Assembly: GCA_950097015.1 (NCBI GenBank)
Contig: CATNEN010000005.1
Location: 4,588,001 to 4,652,000, forward strand
Direction of reading: 5' to 3'
Source of the DNA: Macrostomum hystrix
Taxonomy: Eukaryota > Animalia > Platyhelminthes
Length of the DNA: 64,000 nt
The notes under the pieces were generated by a model. That model was not told the origin of the DNA. It made no database searches and saw only the letters and a list, made by a program, of their open reading frames with translations. The translations under genes and the position numbers were made by a program. How positions within the stretch are numbered: the first letter of the stretch is position 1; each line of letters begins with the position of its first letter. Positions 63,770-64,000 of this stretch are shown here, in pieces.

Positions 63770-64000
63770 TGTTTAGGAATCTGCCTAAATCTTTCTAGGA
63801 ATCAGTCTAAATGATTTTTGGAATCAGCCCAAATGTTTCTCGGAATCAGCCCAAATGTTTCTAGGAATGAGCCCAGATTCTAGGAATCTGCCCAAAAAAA
63901 TTTGGAATCAGCCTTTTAGTTTCTAGTAATCGGTCTAAATGTTTCTAGGAATCAGCCTAAATGTTTCTAGGAATCAGCCTAGATGTTTTTATAAATCAGC
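63770..64000. repeat. Degenerate ~22-bp minisatellite (CTAGGAATCAGCCTAAATGTTT)
   Basis: Seen directly; runs to the window edge. Confidence 0.75.

Overview
Eukaryotic (animal) genomic DNA, rich in minisatellites and SINEs. The style suggests a free-living flatworm such as Macrostomum, but that attribution is inference only. Spliced gene models, checked by hand for GT-AG boundaries and reading phase: the 3' end of CERT1 (1-230); NIM1K kinase (minus strand, 3 exons, 8885-16847); a 3-exon orphan gene with two hydrophobic segments (minus, 19518-20675); a small single-exon orphan ORF (39296-39703); Dopey/DOP1 (plus, 13 exons, 45598-62731, 1955 aa); and three paralogs of a secreted-type protein joining a PAN/apple domain to an ALK/LTK-like glycine-rich domain (plus 3624-5418; minus 25961-28669; minus 31978-34984). 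These paralogs are patchwork mosaics of one another. Mobile DNA: a DD34D mariner with one frameshift, a decayed Harbinger transposase lying among Crypton-like fragments, a LINE 3' fragment, four MITE-like elements (two with perfect 9-bp target-site duplications), and two tRNA-derived SINE families. One SINE family has a CORE-like domain; the other carries a 14-nt exact match to the HDV ribozyme P3/L3 core in a non-canonical order. About 20 tandem-repeat arrays are present, and most long Dopey introns are filled by their own private minisatellite. No CRISPR, rRNA or bona fide tRNA gene was found.
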